A stretch of 64,000 nt of DNA from Naegleria gruberi (Eukaryota), in the NCBI GenBank assembly GCA_000004985.1, contig GG738895.1; one strand, 5' to 3'. This document shows positions 41,771 through 54,800 of the stretch, piece after piece. Under the pieces are notes generated by a model that was not told where the DNA came from, did no database searches, and saw only the letters and a list, made by a program, of their open reading frames with translations. The position numbers and the translations under genes are program-made. Position 1 is the stretch's first letter; each line of letters opens with the position of its first letter.

Positions 41771-41940
41771 ACGAATTTCTACGCAACTAACCACAAATTG
41801 CTACACATCAAAACGCAATTTTAAAAATATTCTAAACCGCAAATTCCTATGGAAATCAAGCTAAACAATTCGCTGTTTGCAGAACAGAATTTGCGATTTA
41901 AAAAGAGGAAAATTTGCGGTTAGTTCCGTAACAATTCGTA
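41771..41940. repeat. Nested imperfect inverted repeat with multiple GCAAATT/AATTTGC cores, between convergent 3' ends.
   Basis: Outer arms are 41771..41800 (ACGAATTTCTACGCAACTAACCACAAATTGC) and 41910..41940 (the reverse complement with about 4 mismatches). Inner arms are CCGCAAATTC at 41837..41846 and GAATTTGCG at 41888..41896. Confidence 0.6.
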
Positions 41941-41965
41941 CTTTATAAAGAATTAACAGTAAGCC

Positions 41966-43347
41966 TTAATCAGAAAAATGAAAGAAGACATCTGCAATCT
42001 TCCAAGCATTCCTAAAATTGAAATATTTAGAAATATTATGTTGATGAATTGCAATAATCAATGTATCGCTTGTTAATCCAACTTTCAAAACTGAGGTGGA
42101 TGCATCAATATTAGGAAAGAGCTGTCTCCACTTGAATTCAGTATATCTACCATCTGAGCTCAGCAAATTATTATCTCCTCCAATAAATACTGAATTGTCT
42201 CTAGTTAAAATTAGAGAATTGTATCCTCCACAGACAATATCCTGGATATTATTCAAATTAAATGAGTCTAGTATTTTGGGGCCTCTATTCACATCATATG
42301 TAAAATTAGGTGATATTCCAAATTGTTTAAAATTGAAATAGCCAAAAACGTAAATTTTTTGTGATTGTGTTAAAACTGCTACAAAAAACAATCCTGGTCT
42401 AACATCTGTCACAATTTCATGATCTAGATTTGGAACGCGAGTCCAATGGAAAGAATCGCTGGCCTCAATCAAACCATTCGCACCATAAGATCTATCTCCA
42501 ACTCCATAAAGATGGCCATTCTCAGTCAATATAAAGCTAGTATTATATGTACAATAAACTCTCTTAATCTTGTTTGGAATGTGATCGATATTGGAGACAA
42601 CCCATGAATCCGAATAATTATTAGTATTCACTCCCAGTTGACCATCTATAAACCAATCTAAATAATCCAATAATTTGTAAACCACTTACAATTCTGTCCA
42701 TATCCATACACCTTCCCCTTGTCAGTCAGCATTAAATTATGAGTTGATCCACAGGAAACATCCACAATTTTCTCTTCTTTAGTATCGAATGGTAAGGTTG
42801 TAATCTTTTTCAAATCATTTGGAATTTCACTCGTCGAGTCTGACATGTAAACAGCTCCACTACTAGTCCTGACTAATAAAAACCTTCTAAATCCAACCAT
42901 ATCCACCTCCTCATCAAACACCAATTTGTACAATACACATCCATCTGATATATACTTCCATACATATAACGTCCTTCTCGATTTACCAACCAACACAATA
43001 GAATCACCACACGAAATCTGCGTTACACGTTCATCAATTTCAAAAACCCAATATTGTGGAGTTTTTATCATCACTACAAGGCTTGATTCTCCATTTGTTG
43101 TTATTGGTCTTGAATATTCTTTTAAAACTTTTACATTCTCCAGATGATGATGATTAATATCATTGCTAATCATGTTGGTAATTGTTGTAGAATGATCAAC
43201 TTCCATTCCTTTCATCAATCCATTATTATCGGTATTGATCACGAATTCTTTTTGTTCGAGCTGGAAGATTTGATAGCCAGGTTTTGATGCTAAAAGATTG
43301 TCGTGCTCTTTTTCGTTGCATGGATTGCTGGCTGATCGTGTGAGCAT
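41966..43347 (-). CDS. RCC1-repeat (beta-propeller) protein, two exons.
   Basis: Exon 1 is 43347..42690, then a 32-nt GTAAGT..TTTAG intron at 42689..42658, then exon 2 at 42657..41966, for about 449 aa. RCC1-type repeats VSCGSTHNLMLTDKGKVYGYGQN, NGHLYGVGDRSYGANG and CGGYNSLILTRDNSVFIGGDNN. Confidence 0.65.
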
Positions 43348-43405
43348 TTTTTTTTTCTTTATTTTAAATACTTTACAATTTATTAATAATAGTATTTTTT
43401 ATTTA

Positions 43406-43918
43406 TTATAAAATGGAATTTATTAAAAGAGAAGAGAAATGAGCATTATGATAAATGTCAAGAAGGCAACTGGTGTTACTGAGATGGCACTTGAAACAGT
43501 TGAAGGAAGAGCAGCTCTGGTCAATCTGCATTGGAACTTTACTGGTTGACATTGGAAGAAGAGATGAACCACATTCCACACTCATTCTTTGACAGAAAGA
43601 TTTACAAATATTCATCGTACTTGTGGTTGAATTATAATACTTTTGAGAAATAGATGGCACACACTTTCCACACTGAGTAGCAGCCAAATATTTACGACAG
43701 AGGGTAGAGGCAGATTGACTTAACATAGTGCTCATAGCAGAAATCTGACTCACTTCAAAATCAGTACAACAAGAGGAAGAACGGATGTTAATACCACAAG
43801 TAATATCACAATTAGGACAAGCAAATGAACTAGTACCACCCTTATTTGGGCATGTTTCAGCCATGATGAAAGTGACAAAGAGGAATGTGCAAGCTAACGC
43901 ACACAATAGTTTGAACAT
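43406..43918 (-). CDS. Small secreted cysteine-rich protein (170 aa), possibly GPI-anchored.
   Basis: N-terminal signal peptide MFKLLCALACTFLFVTFIMA. About 18 Cys. Short hydrophobic C-terminal tail. Confidence 0.45.
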   Translation of the reverse strand: MFKLLCALACTFLFVTFIMAETCPNKGGTSSFACPNCDITCGINIRSSSCCTDFEVSQISAMSTMLSQSASTLCRKYLAATQCGKCVPSISQKYYNSTTSTMNICKSFCQRMSVECGSSLLPMSTSKVPMQIDQSCSSFNCFKCHLSNTSCLLDIYHNAHFSSLLINSIL

Positions 43919-44056
43919 GCTGCTGTTGTTGTTGTTTTGTTTTTTTCAATTCTTGTTAGGGCTTAAAATATTGACTGAATTTAAGGCACAATTCAGTAAG
44001 AGTAACTTTTTTGGATTTCTTGTTTACAAGCATCCGACCAATCATTGAATTTAGCT

Positions 44057-44081
44057 CCCGTATTCAAAAAGTGAATACGGG
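44057..44081. other. Perfect GC-rich 9-bp hairpin (CCCGTATTC-aaaaagt-GAATACGGG), followed by a T-rich tract, in the PCS 3' region.
   Basis: The complementarity is visible directly. It is embedded in AT-rich intergenic DNA about 150 nt downstream of the PCS stop. Confidence 0.5.
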
Positions 44082-44234
44082 GGCTTTGTTAATTTTCACC
44101 AAACATGTGCATGCAAATTTTTCACACACTTATTTATTTGGTGGTCCTTGCTTTACTGTACAAGATGCAAAAGGTTGTTGAGGGTGCTTACTTGTGCTTG
44201 CATGTGCATTCGGAATCACGCATTACATTAATCG

Positions 44235-45725
44235 TTATTGACAAGTGCTCATTTCAATAAGAGCTTGAATTTGTTTGGTGATTTGGCTAATGTTGGATTC
44301 CAAAGCAGTTCTGCAGCATTGTGAAATGCACATGTCTCCGAATTGATGCTTCAACTTGCTAATAATTGCTCGTAAATTGAGGTCCTCAAATAATTCATTG
44401 GGCATGCTGATCAACAGAATTGCAATCACTATGGATTTGTTTCTATCCTTTTCAAATTCCATAATTTCCCTAAATAATTGGTATTCCTTTAAATTAGTAT
44501 ATATAGTAGTAATCTTGTCGTTCCATAAAGTCTTAATCAATTCATACTCTTCAGATTTAATATCTTTGTCTTCGTTGATTAATAAAGGCTCTACCAAGTC
44601 AAAGATGACAGGACTCAGTACTTGGACAATACTTTCAAAGAGAATCGTTTGAGTGAGGGATTCATTATTGACCTGATTCATTTTGGTAAAGTACACCTCA
44701 GTAATATTCCTAGTGAGGGTCATCAACTTGACAAGAGTTTCAGACCATTTTTCCTTGACAACAACTCTATAACAAATGGCATTTTCTGGCTTTTTAACTG
44801 CTTCTTTTTTAATTACAACAAATCCTCTAGATAATCCTGTTGAAGAATCTATAGGATACAATGCCTTCCACAATAAATCAAGTTTCACCCAATGAGGTGG
44901 ATATTTAAATCTTGCAACATCTAGAACTAGGACCATATCATTTTCTGCATTATAGGCAGCCAAAGGAGAAAAATGTCCACTGCAATATACATTATTTCAA
45001 TGTAAATTTCAATGAAAAATAAAACCTACGTTCCAGTTTGTCCCAAAGTAGATCGATCATAGCTCACAACAATAAATGATGGATCATTATCAATTTTTGA
45101 CAAATCATTTGATTCTATTGAATCAATAATGAATTTCCTAAATTCCTCCAATGAAGAATCCTGAGGTCTATAAACATGACAATCAGCTCCATTACATTTA
45201 GCCAAACAAGCAAATTGTCTCAAAGTAATTCCCTCCTTCTTTACAACTTCCAATGGAACACAACAATCAAAAAACTCCTCAGTAAACCATCTCCAAGGAT
45301 ATTTCCAAACTCTCTTCGGATCAATTTTCAAAGCATTCATAACATTTACAAGTGTTCCCAATCCACAATCTTTAAAATCATCAATCATTACCAATTAATA
45401 TTATTAATAATACCATTAAATCATCAAACATACAAGAAGGCTCAGCTTGTGTATGAAATTGTTCAATTAGCGGAAAGAACGAATGAGTATTTCCTTCCAT
45501 CAAACTCTGGGAAAATAATTTCCTTCCTTCGAGTGAGGAAAAGGCGACCAAATGCGAAGGTAATTCTCTTTGATAAAAGCCTTGTTCTCTCTTTTCCGAT
45601 TGTTTTGAATCCGATAATACTAATGATGAAGATGTTGTTGTATTTAATGATAAAGTTGTTGTTGAAGGAGATAATGATGATGAACAACCCTTTTTCTTAC
45701 ATGACGATCCACATTGTGCGCTCAT
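44235..45725 (-). CDS. PCS: Phytochelatin synthase (glutathione gamma-glutamylcysteinyltransferase), three exons.
   Basis: Exons 45725..45434, 45369..45030 and 44979..44235. The introns are 64 nt (GTATGT..AAAG) and 50 nt (GTAGGT..GCAG). The catalytic triad context is conserved across the splice junctions: AEPSY|CGLGTL (Cys), QTGT|GHFSPLAAY (His), [16 protein letters not shown] (Asp). About 458 aa. Confidence 0.8.
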
Positions 45726-45856
45726 TTTTTTTGATTTGATTTTTCCTTTCAACAACTCCGTTTAATTCTTCCTTTTTCGTCACTCATTTTGACTCAAGTT
45801 ATTCTAAAGTTTGAAAATCTATATTACTTGAATGGAAGAAAATTAAATTTTAATTA

Positions 45857-48800
45857 TTATTTAAAAGGTTTTTGTGCTTGTCTAATAATCATGTATAAAT
45901 GTGAATCTTGGAATGAATCATTCCTATCATAGATTGATAACAATTTTTCAATTAATTGAATTGGATCAAAATTGCATTGAGATGGTGGTTTTAACAGTGA
46001 GTGATAATATTTTGAATTGTAAACAATTTTTCCATTTTCATCAATATCACCTCTTCCAAAGGCTTCCATTTCTATTATATTATGAGGTTTTGGGGCCACG
46101 GATAAGAAATTGCAAATAATTGATTGTTCCCATTCATTCTTGAAATATAATGAACATGAAAGAATGAATAAATCTGGAAGGAATCTATTAAGTTTTGCAA
46201 TTCTAGTCACTCTATCAAATTGTGAATTCACAGAAGGGATAGAAAGTGAAAGATTATCATATAATAGTTCATCACTGATATGAATTCTTCTACTGAATCT
46301 ATTCAATGTGAAATTAATTCCTTTTCCATTTTCATTAATAAATTTAAATATTTGATTGGCTTCGTATGGACATATTAAAATTATATAATTATCATTCAAG
46401 GAGTGAACAAACCAATCTATTGGTCTCTTGTAATAATCAATTTTAGAGTCAATTGTTGAAATGACAACATTTTTCATACTTTTGGTTGCATAAATGTTAC
46501 CATTCCAAATATTAGGGAGATTGTAAAGTGCAAAAGTATCAGATAATAATTCTTTAACATTTAACATGGTGGAGATATTTGGCTTGAATCCCATAATTAG
46601 CAATTTCAAATTAGTGTCCAATTCAGGAATACAGGGTTCTAATTGAGGAGGTCTAAATACTTGCTTTTCTTCTTCTAATTCATTTTCCAATTCTCTTTCT
46701 TGTTCTTCATTCAGTGTTTGTGAGAATATTTCCATAGTATTGGTTGACAGTTTTTCAATAATTTTTGAAATATTACTCTCAAATATTGTACAAAGATTCT
46801 TTGTGTGTAACGATCTAAAATGTAATTCTTTCAATTTAAATATTTGTGATAATAATTGCTTCTTTCGTTCTAATCCATAAAATGATTGTAATTCAAGTAT
46901 TTCATCTTCAATATATTTGTCATAGTATTGTTGAATAAGTATTGATTTTCCTAATTCTTGATTTAACCATAGTTTATGACTGTAAATCAATCCTTGGACA
47001 GCCCATTGTAATAAATGATCCATTTCCATTTGTTTTGTATTGAAATGTGTCCAGTTAATTATTTCTCTTGTATTGACAGTATTATTCTCTGATAATTTCT
47101 TAATATGTGAATCAACTTCTTTGGATGCCCAGAATGAAACGGTGTGTCCATTCACAGAACATAATTGTCTCATTCTCATGCATGCTTGAACGAACCTTTC
47201 ATTTGAAAGACCATTTCCTAAAGTAACAGCAGCTCTTGTACTTTCTGGAAATTTAATATCCGTCCCTCTTGTATGTACGTCATCTATGTATGTAACACAT
47301 TGTTCTAACTTGTTTTTATATGGAGACAAATCAAAATTAGTAACATGATTATATCTATCTATGACAGTGAGTTCATCATTATCATTAAAATATATTGCAG
47401 CATGGATTTCGTTTGGATTTGAAATTTCTAACCAATATTGTGCCAATTCTTCATTTGTCATTTCTAACATTAGTGCTCCAACGTCTAGTAATACTCTTGT
47501 TGTTTTTTGTGAATTAGCAATAGATTGAATAATGTCTTTGCATGATTGTTCATTTGAAATAACGTGATATTCTTCATTCCTCAAAATGAATGATTCAACA
47601 TTTTTAGAAGTATCTAGTAATTCTTCTAATTCATTTGATTGAATCGAAATTGGTAATAAAAATGATTTTGTGCCACTGAAACCGCTTGATTGATGATTCT
47701 TTTGATTACTTAAATTCCAAGATGAGGAAGTCAACTTTTTAGGAAATTGTTTGCATTCTTTTGGAAATACACACTTATTTAAATAAAAGTCAATAGCTGC
47801 CATTGAATATTTAAAAAATGGAAAAACTACTTCCATTTTTTGATGATAATCGGATAAGTTAATATTTGATAAAGATTTCAATTGTTCAGGTATTTGATTC
47901 TGACCTTCTTCGACCCATTTACAATATTCCTTTTCTGGGTCATCCAATGATAGCAATTCTTCGAATATATATTCAAGTTGAGAATTATCTAATCCACTAT
48001 AATAATAGCTTAATAATGTTAATAAAATTGCGATATCTGGATGACCATATTCAGATCTTTCAGATGGTACGTCTTTGGCTCTAAATGGAACGGCAATTGA
48101 TCTGTTAAAACCAACTCCATAATTAACTCTCCATCTTCTTTCTAATACAAGCTCCAAGGTTCCATACGCTAATAATCCTCTTAGTATTAATAATGATTCC
48201 CACTGGCTTTCTTTAGAATATTGTCTAATTAATTTCAATGTAGAATCATTAATTTCTTCACATGTCAAAAATTGTTTAAATAAAAGTCTATGTTCTGGCT
48301 TGATAGAAATGAAAATTCCTTTCAAGTTTCCATCAAGAATATCATTAACAATATTTTCTACAAGCAATTCAAAAGCTTTTGAATCTAAAATTCTCAAATG
48401 AGGAAATGAATGTTCAAAATTATTCATTTCCCTAAGTTCGACACAAGACGACCCAAATGAATCGAATAAACCTTTAGAATGTTTCTTAATTGATCTAAAT
48501 ACTTTTTGTAAAACATTCCAACGTTGATCTCTACCATCAATTTTTAATTGATTTCCAATTGTATAAATTAGTTGATACCTGGCATGAAGGATTTCATCTG
48601 ATTCATCTAATAAATCTCTACAATTATTTTCTAACCAATCTTGAACTTTAAATAATTGTTGAAAAAGGTCCGATTTAGATTTGATAGATTCAATACATTT
48701 CAATTCAAATGATAATCTATATTCGGGAACTGTGATGAGAACGCCTCTAGCTTTCATACAATTCGAATATAATGTTTGCAGTAACTCACAATCTAGTACT

Positions 48801-51800
48801 TGATGATCTCTATTAAATGGTGTTACTAGTACTGGTTTATCCAATATTCCACCCAATTTGAATCTTAGTGAGTTATAATTTGATGACAGTAGAGATTTTA
48901 AAACAGTTAATCTAACTAATTGATTTTTGTTCTTTCCAAGTTCTAATATTAACATTGGAATGATTACAGATGATTTACCCTCTCCCATATTAAATTGCTG
49001 CAATATATATGATTAAATGAAAGAAATTAATAAATTATACATACCATTACCATATTATTATGTGAATGAATCATATGATTTGCAACTCTAACTTGAACTG
49101 GTCTAATCATTATATTCATTTCTATTTCTAATATTAACCAATATGGATGGTCAGATGGCTTCCAATTTTCATGACCCTTGTTTTCTAATTCTCTTGAATG
49201 AAGTGTTGTCATTTTGGAATACTCTAAAGCTTTTAATCTTTCAGCTCTTTGCAATAATGTTATTAAAACTCCATAACAACCAACTAAATTTTTCAATTTT
49301 TGATTAGTTTGGTCATCTAATAGTAATTTTAAAATATTGGTCTTTGTTACTCGTGGCCATAAGCCAGCAATATAGAGTGCTTGATTGGTGGTATTATCAT
49401 TTGGATGTAACACTTTTTGTATTAAATCTTCCATTTCCATATAAAGAATTTCAACATTATCATCAACTTGGCCAGTTTCAAAGACTCTAGTTGAGAATTC
49501 AATAATATTACTACTCAAATTATTTAGTTGATCAAAATAATCAACCAAAAAGGTCCATTTAGGTTTGCATGGACAATCTTGAATTTGTTTGAAAATTAAA
49601 GGGAATCTACTTGGTATGGTGTATGATGGCAAGTTATTCACCATAACTTGCAACTTTTCAAGGTAAGTATGGAGTTGATAATTTGCTTTCCTTTCCTCAA
49701 ATATAGTTCTCATCTTTTCCTTGTACGTATCCAGAATTAGACTGGATGATTCGAATGAAATATAAATACTATTAGAAGTTTTAAATGTTGAATAGGTATT
49801 AAGTAAATTATTGCTCATTTTTAACTTTTCCTCTGCGATTCTGTTATCATATTTATCTTGATTTTCTCTTGATAGTGTAACATATAAATCTCTGAATGAC
49901 CTTTTATGGTTGTCCAATATTTCTTGTATAGTATATGCATATACATCACATTCCTTGATATTCCTTTCCTTCTCAGAATGTGGATATGAGTACATGATTT
50001 TATCCTTATTAAGATAAATTAACCCTAATAAATTAACTAGCGTCTCATCAAATTCAAAATACATCAGCATTGTTAAAAAAATTATTAATTTTCTTTTAGA
50101 AAATTGTTGAATTTCATCGGTCAGTTTTGAAAAACACGACTTGATATCAACTGTCATCCAACCTTCAATAGTTTTCAAATCTGTTTTGCAATTCTGTGTT
50201 GAATTGATAATAGATTTTATACTATTCAAAGGTCCAAACATATTGTTCTTCAAAGAGTAACATAATTGTCTGCACTTATTGATTTCTTTGGCGTCGGAGT
50301 GAGTTTTCATCCAAAAACTAGAATCAGAGGATTCACTGTCTATTTCACAATCTTTAGAGTAATAGTGAATATCTTTAAAATACGCCTTCCAATAGAGTAA
50401 ATTTAGTATTATTTTTACTCTTTTCAATACTAATAGCTGAAAATAATTTTGAATTTTCTTTCTTAATTCGTTCGCATAATATCATATAGGAGTCTAATTG
50501 TACAATAGACGATAAATTATTATTCCATGTCGTTACTTGCATATCAGTTAAATGTTCTGGATAATAAGATCTCTGTGGAGATAATGTCGATATTAATTCA
50601 AGTAATTCAATCTCAAACTCTTTCATTGGAATATGTAATTGATAACAACGTTTAGATTTCAAGATAGATATTGCAGCTTCATATCCACACAATTTGGTGA
50701 ATGGATCAGGTAAGAAGTAAGAAGTACATCCATGCAAATATGCTAAATACAACCAACTTGCTAAACTTTGCTCTGCTTCCAATCTTTCCAGTTGTGCATT
50801 GACAGTATAGGTGAAGAAGGGAGGAGATGAAACAGAATTTAAATCAATATCTACTTTTACATGACCACTAATGTCTCTAGCTACTTGAATATCTCCATTA
50901 GGAATTACTAATACTGTATTTTTCGAATAGTTATCAACTAATTTGAGCCCTTTTTGCAATCCAATTAATGTTCCTATTTCAAAGTTAGTGGATACTGTCA
51001 TTCCAAATTGTTTACAAATAAATTGTGAGTAATTATTGGACAGAATAAATATTAATCCTTTTCTAGGTAATTCAACAAAAAGAGTATTATCTTGATAGTA
51101 AGAATGTACATGTTCATCTTTTTCAATTCTGCTCATAATTTTCATTATTTCTGTAAATATTTTACTTCTATTGTCTATAAAATATTTCTTATCCTTCATA
51201 TCTAATAACAATCTACTATTCAAATTCAAAGTATAATGAACCTTTGAGAAATTGGTATCTAAGAAAAACATTGGTCTAAATAAAATACAATTAGATTCCT
51301 TATCAATCCAATGACCATATTTTTCTTTGAGTTGAAAAGGTAAATCTTTTGCAAAATATTCATGCGGAAAATAAACTTTTTCCTTATTGTCCTTGGTTAT
51401 TTCACTGATAATTAAAATTTCTTGCTCGATTTGTGATATTAATTTAAATTTGAAAAAGCTTCCACCAAATGTGTTCTTAGTCACAAAGGACTTGAATTCT
51501 GATCCTGGTTGTACATCAAGGACTATTTAGTGTCAATACATCAACATTCTTCATATACTTACCCATATTTTGAAAAATTCTTTGATATTCATTGCTTTTT
51601 GTAATTATTTCTGGTAGCCGTCCAATAGGAGCATGATTTATCAATAATGTTCCGTTAATAATGTTAACTTGGATGAGAACTTCGTTAAATTTAACATAAT
51701 ACCAATTTTCAGATTCTGCATATTGATGCCATTTCAAATTCAATTCTTCTAAATTTCTAACTTCACTCCATTTTTCTTTCAGGAAAATGTTTAATTCAGA

Positions 51801-54800
51801 GCTATCTTTTAACGAATCATGAATTGAATCTTGAATTAATTGTGATGTCTTGATTGTTTCTCTGAACAATAACTTTCTAAATTGAGGGAGTGTATTTAAA
51901 CCAATATTATTCAAAAGTAAATTTTCGTAAATTATTGATCTCGCAAGCAACCATTTAGAAAAATCTCCTAGTAATCTCTGGGAAGAAAAAGGATGAAAAG
52001 TTAAACAGCAGCAACAAGCTGTTTCAGTTTGCAAGTTTCGAATGTTTGTGCACTCGATCGGATTGTCAATAATTTTGAGCAATACTTGTTCACTTTTAGA
52101 TAACCACACAAGGCAGAGTTCTCTAATATCAAGTAATAATTTCTCAACTCTGTTATGCAATCTAGTATTTTCACACATTTCCAAAAATTTTTTGGCACAA
52201 AATACAATGATTACTAATTGATTAATAGATTTCCAATTATTTTCAATTTTTTTCAATAATTTCTGAAGTAGTGAAACAAGCTCATTTGAAAAATTCAAAT
52301 CTCGAACAGGATCATTTGTTTCTCTCCACCAATCTCCTTTGGAAGGGCATGATTGTAATAAACTTTGGAGAATTAAAAAACAAACATCTTGTTCATCAAA
52401 AGAGAGTACGTTATTTGAAAGAACTTTGGCTAAATTATGCATTTGAAGACGATAGCCAGCCCTAAATGATCCAAATTCTATAAATTCTGTAAGAGGAAGT
52501 TTAGGATGACAATTAATTTGAGAGGATAAAACATCATTCTGGTTGTGGCAATAATTTCTAAGGAAAGGAATCAAGCTATTATACCTTCCATTCTTGTCTA
52601 GTAAAAATGAGCATTCTTCAACAATACTGGATTTTGAGAAATGTACGTACTTTCCATCGATAGAAATTCGAAGATTCAGAGCGTTTCTTTTTATAAATTC
52701 ATCTTCAGAATTCCTTGGGTGGTGTTGCTCTTTAGAGTAATGGGATCTCAAATAAGATTTTTGAGAGCTTGTTAAACTAACTCTATTGTGTTTAGTGTTA
52801 GAGTTGTGGTTTCTTAAATACTCTTTCCAAATTTCAGTGCAACCATTAGCTTTTTGCCTTGGATTGTAGTAGTTTACAATTTCAAAGAACTCAATCAATA
52901 CATTGCTCAAGCATCTAAACTCATCAGGAATTAGTAATTCAAAAATAACAGCATTTTTCAAATAATCCTCTTCTGGTAGAACTTTTTCGTATGGCGTAAC
53001 ACTCATTTCACTTGCCCGGTTCTGGTAGTAACATTTCGAACAATGAGATCTGCATTTGTAACGGCGATGGTATTCACTATAATATTCATCATGGGAAATT
53101 TTGCTAGCTTGTTCCAGGTATTCCTGATACGTTTGTTTTGCTTTTCTAACTTCATCTTTTTTAGCTTGGATTTTCTCTTGAATTTCTTTTTCAATATTTT
53201 CTCTCAACCGGATCATAGTTGGATTTCTGTTTGCATATCTGACAGAAAATGAATTTCGGCTTATTTCTGAAAGAAAATCAGGTTGATAAATAGCTGACTG
53301 TTCGAAATTATTGAAATAGGTTTCAAGTTCGAATAGATATTTCCATTCATCTTTTCTATTGAGGTTAATATAATTGAAAATTGAGGTATCAATACCAGTC
53401 TTGTACTCTTTAACCATAGATGATTGTTTTTGTGCAAATTCTATTAACTTTCTAATGATATTTAGACAAGTGAGAATCATTCTACTGAATCCCATTGGAT
53501 CAGTGGCATAAACTGTTTTTGCCACTACTACGTATTGTGTAAATAGGTTATTTAAATTATTAGGTGTACAGTGATAGTCTGTTATCATGTTCTTTCTAAC
53601 CCATTCTTCAATAATAAATAATTCAGATAAAGATGCTTCACCACCGTCTGTTTGACTAATCGTAAATTGAGAAATACTAAAAGATCTATTGAATGATTTT
53701 GGAACAATTTCACTTTCGTCAACTGTTTGTTGTTCTATTTCTCTGTAAAGGTTAATGACTTTTTCAGACTCAACCAATTGTTGATAAATATTATCAGACT
53801 TGTTGGCTGCTGAACCTAAAGTCAAATTAATTTTGGAGGTATCACTGCAAATAATATTCCAATTATTATCCAGATATTTTCTTTGTTCAGCAATAAACTT
53901 GTAGGCATAAGTCAAAATATGCTTGGTTTTAGGATCGTGCAAATCATCCAACTTTTTAAGTCTAATTGCTAGTTTTGAAATAACTTGTAATTTTACCTCA
54001 TCACTCATTTCATGGAAGTGCTTGTTAGCAATATGAATGAAATATTTCATCAATACTGCCTTATAATAAACTTTTCCATCATTCTCGCCATACTTCCAAA
54101 CAAGTAACAATTGCAAAATAATTTTGATGGACATCCACAATCCAGATCTCCTGTAAGGATGCATGGCATTGCTCCATTCAATTGAATTTCTAATCTTTTT
54201 GTTGATCATCTTCTCGTGAGCTAATTCACCACCAAGAAGAGCAACCAACCACTCTGTGATAATTACTGAAGAAACTACATCACGCCCTTCATCTTCTTTA
54301 CTGCCAGCTTTTGTTGATTTTGGTCTTATTTGACCTATTTGATTCGAAAACAAATCTTGCAACAAAGTGGCAAGCTCATCAGAGCAAAGCATTGAGAGAT
54401 TCTCATCCTTGACACTGATAGTAACCTCAGGATAAAGTGTTACAAGATCGCCACACCTAGACATAATCTCCTTGTTGTTTGGATGCACTGTAAATACTGA
54501 AACTTTAGCAGATTGTCCCTTCTCCTTACGAATGATCAAACATGCATTACAGTTTTGAATATAGAGAGGAAGTATAACATTAGCATTGGTATCAAGTAAA
54601 CTTTGTACTTGGCCACCGTCTAAACCAAGTTTGGAGTCAATCTCATCCACATCTTCTTGAACAGACATCCAATTTGTAAATGCCTTCTGAACATCTGCAA
54701 ATTCAACGGCTAATTCATCCATTTTCAAAAATTGGACAAACTCTAAAAGATGAAGTAAATCATAGCCAACAGTCTCTTGTGATGGCAATTTTTTCAATAA

